Position numbers and translations under genes: made by a program. A stretch of 40,705 nt of DNA from a virus: positions 1 to 40,705 of the IMG/VR virus record IMGVR_UViG_3300031616_000015; one strand, written 5' to 3'. This document shows, one piece after another, positions 8,014 to 17,586 of this stretch. Position 1 is the first letter of the stretch. Every line of letters starts with the position of its first letter. The notes below the pieces were generated by a model, which was not told where the DNA came from, did not search any database, and was given only the letters and a program-made list of their open reading frames with translations.

Positions 8014-8526
8014 CTACAGCGAGTATCCGAGAAGGATACATGAGAAGTGCGACGTGAATCTTGCCGACACGTTTGAATTAGTCGCTCCGGTCGAATCCTG
8101 CAAGCCCATCAGTTCGGTGTAATCGGTTGAGCCGTTCATGTCAAAAATGGCTTGCGCGTATTGCGATTGGGCAATCGTGCCAAACGTATCTCGGTTACCC
8201 GTTGGAGTAGTTGTAGCAGCATTCTTTCGGATCGAACAATCAATGCTAGTTCCCGTTGCCGCGCCCGAGTAGTACGAACCAAAAAACAGATACGTACCGG
8301 GGATGTTCGGTGTGATCCGTGACGTGTTCGTGGTCGGATCATGGAAGCCGTAGACATCGATGTCTTCGGCGCCCGTGAACGTCAAGGCTGTGATGGTGTT
8401 GTCCGGGATCGATTGGGCCGCAGTCTGTACAAGCCTGACGAGAGCGGGATTCAGGGCGTACTTGATCAGGTCATTGATGGTGGATGCGAGGATGCGATCC
8501 CCCGTGGCGACGCTCGTGTATGCCAT
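8014..8526 (-). CDS. Minor tail protein / possible receptor-binding (fibre-tip-like) protein (170 aa)
   Basis: Track ORF. It has a TAATG overlap with the 935-aa tail protein. The Thr/Ser/Gly-rich, beta-rich composition is typical of tail tip proteins. Confidence 0.55.
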   Translation of the reverse strand: MAYTSVATGDRILASTINDLIKYALNPALVRLVQTAAQSIPDNTITALTFTGAEDIDVYGFHDPTTNTSRITPNIPGTYLFFGSYYSGAATGTSIDCSIRKNAATTTPTGNRDTFGTIAQSQYAQAIFDMNGSTDYTELMGLQDSTGATNSNVSARFTSHFSCILLGYSL

Positions 8527-11333
8527 TACAGCCCGTACCTTCCCGCTTGCTCTTCAGTCAATGTGATCGTACTACCGGAGGGCAGCGCCTTGGAGAATCC
8601 ACCTATGCCACGCGTGACCGTTGCTGTCTGCACGTACGGTCCTGATCCGCTTGATGCGCCCATGCTGTCGACTTGGATGGTCTCACCGGAAATGACCACC
8701 TCGTAAGGCTCCGACGTCGTTGACCAGATGTCACCGATATTGGTGGTCGAGAACACGATGGACGTGTCGTTGTCGTCATAGCTCGTGTTCGTGGTAGTCG
8801 AGCCCGATTCGTAGCGGCCGGTATCGTACAGGGCCACAACGTACGGACCGTACGGGGATGTGTTCCACGTGATCCGCCACGTGCGGTTACCCAGCACTTC
8901 CGATTGCAGGCCTTGCATCATCAGGCGGATGTCGTCGGTCGGAAGATGTGACGGCGGGTTGATGATGGTGAAGTAGTGCCCGACGTCCAGCGCGGCCAGG
9001 ATATGGCCCTTGCGCACCTTGGCCGCTGTGCCCGTGTAGTTCGTGCGCGCGAGTTCCACCATGACCTGAGTCCAGCGTTCCTCATCCCACGTCCCGAGGA
9101 ACGCATCCCAGCCCGCTAGGTCGTCAAGGCGGGCATTGAGGTATGGGTTGCGGTTGATGCTGGCTGGGATGACTCCGGCGCTATCGGAGCCTTTCGGGCC
9201 GTCCGTGTGCTGATGGAATCCTGTCGAGCCGTCCGCCCGGTTGGCGGTCACCGTGTTGCGCAGTAGCCCGTCATCGGGTACAGGGCGCGGGACGGTAGGG
9301 CCTAGTTCCTGTAGCGAGTAGTCGATCGATGGTCCGGTCTGATTGATCAATGACCGGTAGGTGCGCATGACCATTGCGCCGGTATCACGGTCTGGGTAGT
9401 ACTGCCCCTGTTCCGTGTCGACGCATTCCATGAGAATGTTCAGCGGTGTGTCTCGAGGCTGCCAACTCATTTGCTCGCTGCTGTCGTCGGTGCCGACGAC
9501 ACGCGTGTCAATGCCGTTGTTAAGTCCGATCCTCAGCCAGCGTGCGGCGGCAGTTTCGCCAGCAAAGGCGTTCGCAGCCTGAAGGTAGTCGATCGTATTG
9601 TTATCGAGGAAGATCTGTCCGGTCACGAAATGCGTGTACTGCGTACCGATATTGTTCGTTGCGCCCACGGCGTTCCACGCCCTGAATCGGCCAGCGGTGC
9701 CAGCGAACGTCAGCGTGGTAATACCGATCAAGAAATTGTCCGGGGGGTGATACCAACCCAAGTCGAGATCGACGTTTCCGCCCGACTGCGTCAGTTGAAT
9801 GCGGAAGAAATTCCAATCAGTCGGCGCACTTCCGTTGCCGGTGTGCGAGCTTGCGGAACTCGTGATCAGCGTGCCATTGTTGTCGTATGCCGCAATGTCG
9901 TATGTGGTCGCGGTAACGGAAAAGTTGATTCGCTGTATCGTTCCACCGGTCAAGTTCAGATTGAACATGGTCACGCTGGAACCGGGGATGCTGGCCATCT
10001 TCATAGTCCAGTTCGCATACGCGAAACCGGTGTTGGCGACCGACGTATCCGGTGTCATCTTGATGACCGTGCTCGTGCTGTTGACGGTTGCACTGCCTGC
10101 CGTCGCCGGAAGGTCGGACGGCGCACCGAATTGCACGTCTACGAACTGACCGCGTACGCCGTTCGTGTGCTTGTTTTCCATGGTTGTCGCAGCAGTGCCG
10201 TCCTCGCACGTCCACAGACCTGTGTTGCTGATGGACGTAAAGAAGTCGGTGAGCGGCGAGACAACGGGCGTAGAGCCCTTGCCTAGTCTGCGCGTGACAT
10301 CAGCAGCCTGCACGCGGTCCATGACGTCATTGCCACTCACATCCCACTCAATGGGGGAAGCGGCTAGCTCGCCACAAAAGCGCCGGTTGTCGGGAGTGAT
10401 CTCGCACGTGCCCTCGACAGTCCACGTGTTCGGCGTGCCCAGTCCATCGCTGAACGATGTGGTACCGCGAGCCTGATTGTAGATGTCGGCTTCCGCAACC
10501 AGCGTCGGCGAAGCGATTCCCTGGTACAGCTCAAACGCATAGATGCGTCCGCGCATACCGGTGTAATCCGCAATCCCTAGATTGTCGCCATTGTTGTGAC
10601 GTCCCAGTTCTAGGTTAGCCGTACTGGAGAACAGAGACGTTGTTCCCGCTATCGTGCTCGTAGTGCCCAACTGTGTCCATGTGCCAGCAATGGTGTCGGA
10701 AGTGTAGAACTTGGTGACACGGTTTCCTGATCCATCGTTTCCGTCCCACGTAACACGTACCGCTTGCGGACCGTACAACTGCGGCAGTACAACCGTGCTG
10801 GTTGTTCCGACCAACGCCGAGCCATCGGAGGATCGAACGAATTGGAGCTTACCCGCCTTGGTGATGGTGAACAGCCAGGAGGCTTGCCCGCCGTCCGCGC
10901 GTTTAGCGGCCAGGATATGCCCGTCAACACCATCGAGACTGCGGGCAAGTTCGAATTCGACACGGATATCAATCTCATCCGTGATATCAAGGACGGCTTT
11001 GTCCGTCGTCTTGACTTCACAACCATCCGATTCATCGAAGATGGCGAAGCTGCGATCCTCGGTGACACTGAAACGAATGGGAATGTAGGGGGGCAGCAAT
11101 CCGTAATACGGGCTGAGCGGATTGCGGTTGTTGTACTTTCCCGTACGGTCGTTCAGCGTGAAGTCACACGTGCACGGACTGGGTCGCCCCTGCTCGTTTG
11201 CTCGCCCTCTGGCCGATATCACCACCTCGTTCTCAAGGCGAACATCTGACGTGACATTCACCCATGCGCCGTCGATGAACATTTCGCCACGGATCGGCAG
11301 GGGGTTGCTCCCCGGAAAGCCGAGCAATGTCAT
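8526..11333 (-). CDS. Large minor tail protein (935 aa). The N-terminus is distal-tail-like and an internal domain is LamG/concanavalin-like.
   Basis: Track ORF immediately after the tape measure gene (ATGA overlap at 11330-11333). The internal segment ILAAKRADGG..WLFTITKAGKLQF..GRIYAFELY looks like a LamG-type lectin fold. Confidence 0.75.
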   Translation of the reverse strand: MTLLGFPGSNPLPIRGEMFIDGAWVNVTSDVRLENEVVISARGRANEQGRPSPCTCDFTLNDRTGKYNNRNPLSPYYGLLPPYIPIRFSVTEDRSFAIFDESDGCEVKTTDKAVLDITDEIDIRVEFELARSLDGVDGHILAAKRADGGQASWLFTITKAGKLQFVRSSDGSALVGTTSTVVLPQLYGPQAVRVTWDGNDGSGNRVTKFYTSDTIAGTWTQLGTTSTIAGTTSLFSSTANLELGRHNNGDNLGIADYTGMRGRIYAFELYQGIASPTLVAEADIYNQARGTTSFSDGLGTPNTWTVEGTCEITPDNRRFCGELAASPIEWDVSGNDVMDRVQAADVTRRLGKGSTPVVSPLTDFFTSISNTGLWTCEDGTAATTMENKHTNGVRGQFVDVQFGAPSDLPATAGSATVNSTSTVIKMTPDTSVANTGFAYANWTMKMASIPGSSVTMFNLNLTGGTIQRINFSVTATTYDIAAYDNNGTLITSSASSHTGNGSAPTDWNFFRIQLTQSGGNVDLDLGWYHPPDNFLIGITTLTFAGTAGRFRAWNAVGATNNIGTQYTHFVTGQIFLDNNTIDYLQAANAFAGETAAARWLRIGLNNGIDTRVVGTDDSSEQMSWQPRDTPLNILMECVDTEQGQYYPDRDTGAMVMRTYRSLINQTGPSIDYSLQELGPTVPRPVPDDGLLRNTVTANRADGSTGFHQHTDGPKGSDSAGVIPASINRNPYLNARLDDLAGWDAFLGTWDEERWTQVMVELARTNYTGTAAKVRKGHILAALDVGHYFTIINPPSHLPTDDIRLMMQGLQSEVLGNRTWRITWNTSPYGPYVVALYDTGRYESGSTTTNTSYDDNDTSIVFSTTNIGDIWSTTSEPYEVVISGETIQVDSMGASSGSGPYVQTATVTRGIGGFSKALPSGSTITLTEEQAGRYGL

Positions 11334-13219
11334 GCCGTCACTCCCGGTGATCCGAGGAAGCGCTGTACGCTCCCCTGCCCGTTGCGGTCGACCTCGTAGC
11401 GCAATCCCTCGATGATGACCGACATGAGGTCACGGGACGCTCCGGGCGCGGCACGCAGTAGCCACGTCCCGCCGCCCCCACCGCCCATGTCGGATGCCAT
11501 ACGCTGGGAGTCCCCGTTGCTGTGCACCGTGCTCCCGGTCGGCAGGGAGACGAGTTCAGGCCCTTGCTCGCCCACCCACGTCATGCCCCCCGTGACCATG
11601 CCGCTAGCCGCACCCTTGATGCCGCCGTGCGCGTACCCCATCGACTTCATGAGCGCGGCCACGTCAGCCGCAGCCTTGAAAGCGGCAAGCCCATACGTGG
11701 AGATAGTCACATTGATGTGCTTGTCCGTGATCTTCTTTAGCTCTTCATTCACGCTCTTGCGAAAGTGATTGAATTTCTCTTGAGCAGTTCGAAGCCTCGG
11801 GCCGATTCCGGGAATCCATGACAGCGCATCAGAGGCCGCCGCAAGGATCTTCCCGAATACGTCCAGCGCAACGCCAAGTAGGCTGAGCACTCCAGCTTTC
11901 ATGACGTCGATACCGGTACTCCACGCATGGCGCAGATCGTTGAACAGCTTGATGCTATTCGTGACAAGATTGTGTATCTTGCTGTAGGCGCTAGCCAGTA
12001 CGTCTACCAATTGCGCGACGAATACGATCAGCTTTTCGACAAGCGTCAACAGGTCTCCGAATAGGAGATTGGCGTCTTCCGAATGTCTGCTCAGGATTCC
12101 GAAGAACTTCCCGATAGCGTCGCCGATGGCGGGCATGTGCTTGGCGAGGGTTTCGAACAACGGCGCGGCGGCTTCCGCAGCTTTCAGGATTCCGGGCGTG
12201 GCGTTCTGAAGTAACGACACCAATCCCGTACCCAGTTCACCCAAGATTGGCGCGAACACATCTGCGAGATGCTTGAAGTCTGGAGTCAGGCTGATGATGA
12301 ACTTGTCAAGCTTCTCGAGTGTTTCGGCCAGAGGGACCCTGAACGGCTTGCCGAACTCCGTAAACAGCTTGCTGACGTTCGTCTTCAGCTCAGTACCCGC
12401 CGCAGCGATGCGAGGATCTTTGAATGCCGCAACGACTCCAGCGGCCAGCACACCGCCGCCCAATCCCAGGAGAACGGCGCTCGTGATGGCCGCACCGATG
12501 ACGGGCGCAAGCGCGGCCACGAGTGCCGTACCCGCGAGGGCCTTGACGAGAAGGCTGATCAGGTCGCCCGAGAAGAATGAGGAGAGGCTACCGCCTACGC
12601 CGTCACCGACCTTGTCACCGATCAACTCTCCGGCATGCTCAGCCTTGCTGCGGATCGAGCCATCCGTGTCCACATCCACAGACGTCTTGATCTTGTCTTT
12701 GATCTTCGTGTGGATAGTGCGCGAAATGTCGTCACCGATGCGCTCGCCCGCGTGCGCGGAATCCCCACTGGACTCGTCACCCACCGTGCGGATACTCGTC
12801 TTGATGCGGCGCGTAATGTGGTCGGTAATCCGCTCACTCATGGTTTCGCCCGCACGGTCGCCCGCACTCTGGCCGACCTCATCGCCGATGGTCTCGCCAG
12901 CCGTGCGGTAGAGCGCGATACCACCACCGCTAGTGAATCCTCGAGAGACTACCTCGGGTAGATGCTCGGTGAGGTGGTCGGAGATCTGACGCGTGATCTC
13001 ACCGGCGGACGAGTTGCCCAGCCGGATACCGATTTCCTTGCCGCTCTTCTGTAGCGGCGTAGTCAGGTTGCGTCCGAGATCGTTCATCCGTTCGGAGAAC
13101 TTCTGCTGATAGACGGTGGCAGACTCGTCCGCGAATTTCGTGATATCCGCGCGTGCGGCTTGGAATCCCTTGTTGACTTCATTACGGGAGGTAACCTTGA
13201 TGACTACTTCATTCGCCAC
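11330..13219 (-). CDS. Tail tape measure protein (629 aa)
   Basis: Long Ala/Gly-rich ORF with a central hydrophobic block (LVKALAGTALVAALAPVIGAAITSAVLLGLGGGVLAAGVVAAF). It directly follows the chaperone frameshift pair. Confidence 0.85.
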   Translation of the reverse strand: MANEVVIKVTSRNEVNKGFQAARADITKFADESATVYQQKFSERMNDLGRNLTTPLQKSGKEIGIRLGNSSAGEITRQISDHLTEHLPEVVSRGFTSGGGIALYRTAGETIGDEVGQSAGDRAGETMSERITDHITRRIKTSIRTVGDESSGDSAHAGERIGDDISRTIHTKIKDKIKTSVDVDTDGSIRSKAEHAGELIGDKVGDGVGGSLSSFFSGDLISLLVKALAGTALVAALAPVIGAAITSAVLLGLGGGVLAAGVVAAFKDPRIAAAGTELKTNVSKLFTEFGKPFRVPLAETLEKLDKFIISLTPDFKHLADVFAPILGELGTGLVSLLQNATPGILKAAEAAAPLFETLAKHMPAIGDAIGKFFGILSRHSEDANLLFGDLLTLVEKLIVFVAQLVDVLASAYSKIHNLVTNSIKLFNDLRHAWSTGIDVMKAGVLSLLGVALDVFGKILAAASDALSWIPGIGPRLRTAQEKFNHFRKSVNEELKKITDKHINVTISTYGLAAFKAAADVAALMKSMGYAHGGIKGAASGMVTGGMTWVGEQGPELVSLPTGSTVHSNGDSQRMASDMGGGGGGTWLLRAAPGASRDLMSVIIEGLRYEVDRNGQGSVQRFLGSPGVTA

Positions 13220-13466
13220 TGTTCATCGCCTCCCGTTCCTCATCCACCATCTTGACCAGCCGAAGGAATTCGGCATCTTCTCGCATCAGTGACGAATACG
13301 TGTACCCGCCGAATCGCTCCAACAGGTTCACCATCATCTCTGCGTTACCCAGCTCTACAGGCTTGAGGACAGGGTTTCCATCGGAATCGATCCCTCCGGG
13401 AATTGCTCGCCATCGGGCGAGCTCTTCTCTAAAGGGGCGGACGTTCCCATCACTGCGCCAACCCAC
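13209..13466 (-). CDS. Frameshift extension (T-like part) of the tail assembly chaperone. It is expressed only as a fusion with 13355..13771.
   Basis: This ORF overlaps the 3' end of the chaperone ORF in the -1 frame. A canonical slippery heptamer lies in the overlap. The ORF ends 11 nt inside the tape measure gene. Confidence 0.7.
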   Translation of the reverse strand: MGWRSDGNVRPFREELARWRAIPGGIDSDGNPVLKPVELGNAEMMVNLLERFGGYTYSSLMREDAEFLRLVKMVDEEREAMNSGE

Positions 13467-13771
13467 GCCAACACGACGTCCAGCGCAAAGTCAATGTCCT
13501 GACTCTTGAGTCCGGCCAGGGACAATTCAACCGGCACGCCGTCCTCATCCTCAAGGTTCCATTCGGTCAGCTTCGACGCGAACAATTCAAAGAGGGCGTC
13601 AACCTCTTTGATGTCTCCCTGGCCGAACTTCGCGCCCGTGCCGAACCGCGCGAGGTTCATGAGGGATATGAGCTGTTCAACGCTCGCGCCTTTCGCGCGA
13701 ACCTCAAGCCCCTCATATTCCTCATCCTCGAATCGCAGGACGTACACCTTTGTCTTGCGCTTGTAACCCAT
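13355..13771 (-). CDS. Tail assembly chaperone (G-like, 138 aa)
   Basis: Acidic ~140-aa ORF immediately upstream of the tape measure gene, with an overlapping -1 frame ORF. This is the conserved siphovirus arrangement. Confidence 0.8.
   Translation of the reverse strand: MGYKRKTKVYVLRFEDEEYEGLEVRAKGASVEQLISLMNLARFGTGAKFGQGDIKEVDALFELFASKLTEWNLEDEDGVPVELSLAGLKSQDIDFALDVVLAWVGAVMGTSAPLEKSSPDGEQFPEGSIPMETLSSSL
13430..13436 (-). promoter_or_regulatory. -1 programmed ribosomal frameshift slippery heptamer C_CCT_TTA
   Basis: On the - strand the zero-frame codons are GCC CCT TTA, and the -1 frame reads CCC TTT and continues into ORF 13209..13466. I checked the codon phase arithmetically against both ORF ends. 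Confidence 0.65.
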
Positions 13772-13801
13772 TCTCTCGCCCCTTGCCTTACTATTGGTAG
13801 A

Positions 13802-14206
13802 TCAGGCCCAAGTCGGGACGGTGCCGTCTGCGAGCACACCCGGTGCGGTCCACGTCAGAGATGCATCCTGGCCGCGCGTGGTCGCGTAGTCCGAGTACAG
13901 CAGCTCTCCGGCCAAGACCTGGGACGAAATCGTCAGGGCGGTAGTCCGGTTCACGCTCGTGCTCGGAACGGTGCGGAAGACCGCGTGTGACAGGTTGCTG
14001 GCGTTGTTGTGCACGCCATTCAGCGTCACGGACATGTCGGCCAGGAGGAGCAGCCGTTCCATGGCGCTCTTGTCCACACCGGTCACGTCCTGCACGCCGC
14101 GCGGCGTGGAGTATGCGAGGTTGGTAATGTCGTTGCTGATGGTTCGCGGTGTGCCGGACGAGTCGTCCACAGCAACCGCGAAACCCATGCCGCCCTGTTT
14201 GGCCAT
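13802..14206 (-). CDS. Tail-tube-like protein (134 aa), a short paralog of the major tail protein
   Basis: Track ORF with an AAGGAG SD. It shares the N-terminal MAKQGGMG and the TRGQDAS motif with 14857..15615. Confidence 0.6.
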   Translation of the reverse strand: MAKQGGMGFAVAVDDSSGTPRTISNDITNLAYSTPRGVQDVTGVDKSAMERLLLLADMSVTLNGVHNNASNLSHAVFRTVPSTSVNRTTALTISSQVLAGELLYSDYATTRGQDASLTWTAPGVLADGTVPTWA

Positions 14207-14209
14207 GCC

Positions 14210-14398
14210 TTACTCCTTTTCTGCCTGGTCGAACCATGAGGCTCGATGCCCCGGACCAAATTCGAGAATTAGGCGAGAAGTGCCAGTGAACTCGTTGACA
14301 CCGTTGACGTTCTGAACGTCGTGTGAGATCGAGACGTTGTCAACGTCATCCGATTCGAACACAAGTTCTTGCCCATAAATCGGTATACGTATCTCCAT
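14210..14398 (-). CDS. Hypothetical protein (62 aa)
   Basis: Track ORF with a ggggcgagga SD-like stretch before the ATG. Confidence 0.5.
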   Translation of the reverse strand: MEIRIPIYGQELVFESDDVDNVSISHDVQNVNGVNEFTGTSRLILEFGPGHRASWFDQAEKE

Positions 14399-14407
14399 TC
14401 CTCGCCC

Positions 14408-14860
14408 CTAGCCTTTCTCTTTCGCGTCAGCGATGTTCTGCTGATGCTCGCCGAAATCGTCGATCCAGTCTTGCGCCTTGGCATGTTGCATGCGCCGACC
14501 GGTCGGATTGCCGCGCCAGTCACCATCGCGCACAACGAAAATCGGATCACGCTCTAATGGCACCTGATGATCGGCGAAGCATTGCTGGCCGCTCGGGAAC
14601 ATGAACTCACGCACGGGCGAACCAATCGCGGTCACATCCTGAAACGTGCGTCCGGAGTGGTCGCGGATATATTTGGCTTGCCTCTGGCCGAGTTCGGTCG
14701 TGACGTCGATCTTCGTTACCCAGCCATTCGCGTACGCCTCGCAGTCCACTTCCTGGCACGTGGCCTTGCGGTAGTGTGTCTGCTTCGGCAGAGACAGGGC
14801 GTACGTCTTGAACGCTGTGACGGGTGCGTTCGTGGGAACGCGGAATAGTTCGCGCATCAC
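14408..14860 (-). CDS. Hypothetical protein (150 aa) lying between the two tail-tube paralogs
   Basis: Track ORF with an ATGA overlap to the major tail protein stop and protein-like composition. Confidence 0.6.
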   Translation of the reverse strand: MMRELFRVPTNAPVTAFKTYALSLPKQTHYRKATCQEVDCEAYANGWVTKIDVTTELGQRQAKYIRDHSGRTFQDVTAIGSPVREFMFPSGQQCFADHQVPLERDPIFVVRDGDWRGNPTGRRMQHAKAQDWIDDFGEHQQNIADAKEKG

Positions 14861-15615
14861 GACTGCGCCGTCAGGTAGCGCACGAAGTTCACAACAAAGG
14901 TTGCTTGCGAGAACGTGCCGGTGAAGTACATCTTCGTATACCGCTTGATCGACGTTGTGACGGTGCTTGTTGTGAGTCTCTGCTTTCCCACGGCAGAGAA
15001 ACCCGCCTCGAGGGAGCCGCCGTCAAGGGTGGCGAACGGGTCGCCGCCACCGTCGTCGGTACTGTGATTCCACCCGATGAAGATGTCGGTGCCGGTGAAA
15101 CTCGTCAGGTGTACGTACACGCTGGCACCGAATGCCGTGGCCGCGCCGTTGTCGATGGAAGCGTTACTCCCTGCTACGGTCGCAGATTGGGAACCGGCCG
15201 TGGCCTGAATTCCCCACTCCAGCCCGAAGCCGTTTCCCTGCACATCCACAGCGTGCGTGTAGGAGGCATCCTGGCCGCGCGTACCGTCGTAATTGATTTG
15301 CTTGCTGACGATGGACGCAGCGGGATTGCCCACGGCCGTGCCGATCAAATACGTGCAGATACGATCTGCTGTGGGACGTGTCTTCAGGATGGCGTGCGAG
15401 CCTTCGGCCCCGGCCGTAGTGCTCGGGTTGAACCATGCGACGAATCCCAGTCCGCCGTCACGCAGTAGTCCGATCCGCGACTCTGCCGACTGGGTAATGT
15501 CGGTGACGATGCCAGGCGCGGGGCCGCCGTGCACATTGCTCAGGGACCCGATATCTCCCGACAGATTGAACTCATCGACGTAAAACCGGTCGCCCATGCC
15601 ACCTTGCTTGGCCAT
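14857..15615 (-). CDS. Major tail (tube) protein (252 aa)
   Basis: Track ORF located after the head-tail connector genes and before the chaperones. It has a Gly/Thr/Ser-rich, beta-type composition. Confidence 0.7.
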   Translation of the reverse strand: MAKQGGMGDRFYVDEFNLSGDIGSLSNVHGGPAPGIVTDITQSAESRIGLLRDGGLGFVAWFNPSTTAGAEGSHAILKTRPTADRICTYLIGTAVGNPAASIVSKQINYDGTRGQDASYTHAVDVQGNGFGLEWGIQATAGSQSATVAGSNASIDNGAATAFGASVYVHLTSFTGTDIFIGWNHSTDDGGGDPFATLDGGSLEAGFSAVGKQRLTTSTVTTSIKRYTKMYFTGTFSQATFVVNFVRYLTAQS

Positions 15616-16076
15616 TAGGCCACCTCCGAATACACGTCGTTGAGAATGACGGGAACGAAGATTTCCATCACCCGAAACTTCTTATTGTCTTGATCGGCGA
15701 ATCCGGCCGTTGCGCGCAGCTGCTCGCCATCACTGCCGAACACGTCGATGTAGCGAACGCCGTTAACGTCGATGTCGAAGTTACCTGCAAGCGCGGAAAA
15801 GATCGCATCGGTAGCACCGATAATGCGAGGATCGATTGCGTCTTGCGGTTCTTGCAGCATGTTCGCATATACACGCATGGTGAATTCAATGCGCATACTC
15901 ACGCTCGCGAGACCGCTCGACTGAAGGGCTCGCAGGTCCGACACCCATACCGCACAGGACACACCGGTCAGAGTCGGCGCAGCTTTGGGCTCGTGACCGG
16001 TCACCACATCGAACTGACCCGATGACGCGGCCAGGGAGGTAAGGGCGTTGAACAAAGCTACGGAGTCGATGGCCAT
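15615..16076 (-). CDS. Tail terminator / head-tail joining protein (153 aa), assigned by position
   Basis: Track ORF immediately upstream of the major tail protein, with single-nt overlaps to neighbours at both ends. Confidence 0.5.
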   Translation of the reverse strand: MAIDSVALFNALTSLAASSGQFDVVTGHEPKAAPTLTGVSCAVWVSDLRALQSSGLASVSMRIEFTMRVYANMLQEPQDAIDPRIIGATDAIFSALAGNFDIDVNGVRYIDVFGSDGEQLRATAGFADQDNKKFRVMEIFVPVILNDVYSEVA

Positions 16077-16456
16077 CAGTTCATCCGTCCCATGAATCGC
16101 GCGACCACGCCGTCACCGATAATCGCGGCACGCGCGTTCATTCGCTGCGTCACGCGCCGGAAGATCATGTATCCCTTGAATCGCGTGGTCCGGTTGCGCG
16201 AACCTGTTCCCTCGAGCCACGGTCCATAGACGATGCCCTGATCCCAGATCTTCCATCCGGGCGGATCTACCTTTGCCTGCACATGCACGCGGTAGAACGG
16301 CGTCTGCTTTTTGAAGGTGACGTTCTCGATGGCACGTACTTCAGCCGCGCCGAGCGTCGACACGACGCGCGCTATGTCATCCGACGCATCCTGTGCAGCC
16401 TTGTCCGCGCGACCGTCGAAGAACGGTCCGGAGGTGTGCACCGTGACGTCAAACAT
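16076..16456 (-). CDS. Head-tail connector component, HK97 gp10-like by size and position (126 aa)
   Basis: Internal ATG 16456 (MFDVTVHTSGPFFDGR...) of track ORF 16076..16630. The upstream 58 codons are Arg/Ala-rich shadow sequence overlapping the previous gene. Confidence 0.5.
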   Translation of the reverse strand: MFDVTVHTSGPFFDGRADKAAQDASDDIARVVSTLGAAEVRAIENVTFKKQTPFYRVHVQAKVDPPGWKIWDQGIVYGPWLEGTGSRNRTTRFKGYMIFRRVTQRMNARAAIIGDGVVARFMGRMN

Positions 16457-17504
16457 TGCGATGCCCGATGCGGCCCTTGCGCCCGTACACCGCGTACGCA
16501 TCGGCGAAGACGTCCGCGATGCCGCGTCCCGATGCCTGGCGCTCGCTCTCGCCAGAGCCGATCGTACGGGCGTAGCCTGATGCGCCCTGCTCCACGTAGT
16601 TAATGGCGAGCGCCAACGCCGTCTCGCCAATCAGGGAGGGCGGAGCATTGCGCGTGAGGTCTGCTCCGGCCGTGTGTGCCGCCGCTGTCGTGCCCGCCAC
16701 TGCCCGCCGCACGGTGCACAGACGGGGCACGTACACGATGTCGGTGTTCGCGTGAGTGGCGAGGGTCGAGGCGTTGGCGGCACGCTTGACAGTGAGGTTG
16801 TTGCCGCTGATCGATTCGACGAACATCCGCTCAGCGCCGATGAGAACGACTTCACCCGTGCTTACCAGCGTCCCGCTCGACACGGGAATGGTGGTCGTTG
16901 ACATGCTGGCCGCGACTGATCCGGTCACCGTGGCGGTCGAGTCGATGAACTCTTTCTCCGTCACGAGCATGCGCTCTGAGTCGGCCAGAAGGGCATCGCC
17001 CACGCCGACTAGCGCAGAGTTCGTCACCGTGAGTTGCGTGACGGATGAGTTGATGGTGGCTACGAGATCTCCGGCGGCATCACTGCCGTTCGATCCGCCG
17101 AACTGACCGGTGAGCACGATGCCGCGCTGAATCGATGACCACGCTGCGCTGCTTTCGCGGATCAGGCGAATCGCAGTGTACGCGCCGCTTTCCTGCTGAT
17201 AGTCCAAGTAGTAGTCAACGTTCTCGACAAAAGTCGATCCGTCAACTACTATGGAAGTCAGCGCCAGGATCTCGTAATCCGCGTGGTCGAGCCACAACGT
17301 GCTACCGGCGACCCATCGCACGTCCGGGTAGCGGACGGCAAGTTGTGGCCAGAAACGGCGGTGCAAGCGGCCAGAGATATCACGGGACGCGGCACGAACG
17401 CAGTCGTCAATGCGCCTGTTGTTGCGCACCGAGTCAGCCTGTTCAACGGTCTGCTGAACACGCTCACGCGTCGTGTAACACACCTCATCGAGTGTGCTAG
17501 CCAT
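16449..17504 (-). CDS. Head-tail adaptor/connector-like protein with a large inserted domain (351 aa)
   Basis: Track ORF with an agagggga SD. The N- and C-terminal segments resemble gp6-type head-tail connectors (from memory). The middle is Ser/Thr/Val-rich. Confidence 0.5.
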   Translation of the reverse strand: MASTLDEVCYTTRERVQQTVEQADSVRNNRRIDDCVRAASRDISGRLHRRFWPQLAVRYPDVRWVAGSTLWLDHADYEILALTSIVVDGSTFVENVDYYLDYQQESGAYTAIRLIRESSAAWSSIQRGIVLTGQFGGSNGSDAAGDLVATINSSVTQLTVTNSALVGVGDALLADSERMLVTEKEFIDSTATVTGSVAASMSTTTIPVSSGTLVSTGEVVLIGAERMFVESISGNNLTVKRAANASTLATHANTDIVYVPRLCTVRRAVAGTTAAAHTAGADLTRNAPPSLIGETALALAINYVEQGASGYARTIGSGESERQASGRGIADVFADAYAVYGRKGRIGHRNV

Positions 17505-17586
17505 TGCGTCCCCTCTGCCTTGCTTTCTGGCCTAGGCCCCTCGGGACCAGGTGACACCGATATTCGATTATGCCTGCAATCGTACC

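Noticed and set aside
9471-10286. A 271-aa + strand ORF, plus other ORFs of 100-270 aa antisense to the tail, capsid, protease and portal genes (for example 19555..20370, 19727..20536, 20602..21282, 23268..23945)
   Set aside because: All are antisense or out of frame within long, synteny-supported structural genes. They show the Arg/Gly/Asp-rich composition of GC-rich shadow frames.
16076-16630. The full-length 184-aa version of the gp10-like ORF. The same applies to N-terminally extended versions of 2420..3361, 24028..24333, 23837..24145, 24201..24458, 6469..6903, 19282..19572, 30024..30887, 34313..34525, 34506..35450 and 27954..28457.
   Set aside because: The extensions overlap the preceding gene, are Arg/Ser/Pro-rich, and use weak alternative starts. 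Internal ATG or GTG codons with an SD, a 1-4-nt start/stop overlap, or leaderless-promoter geometry give more economical gene models.
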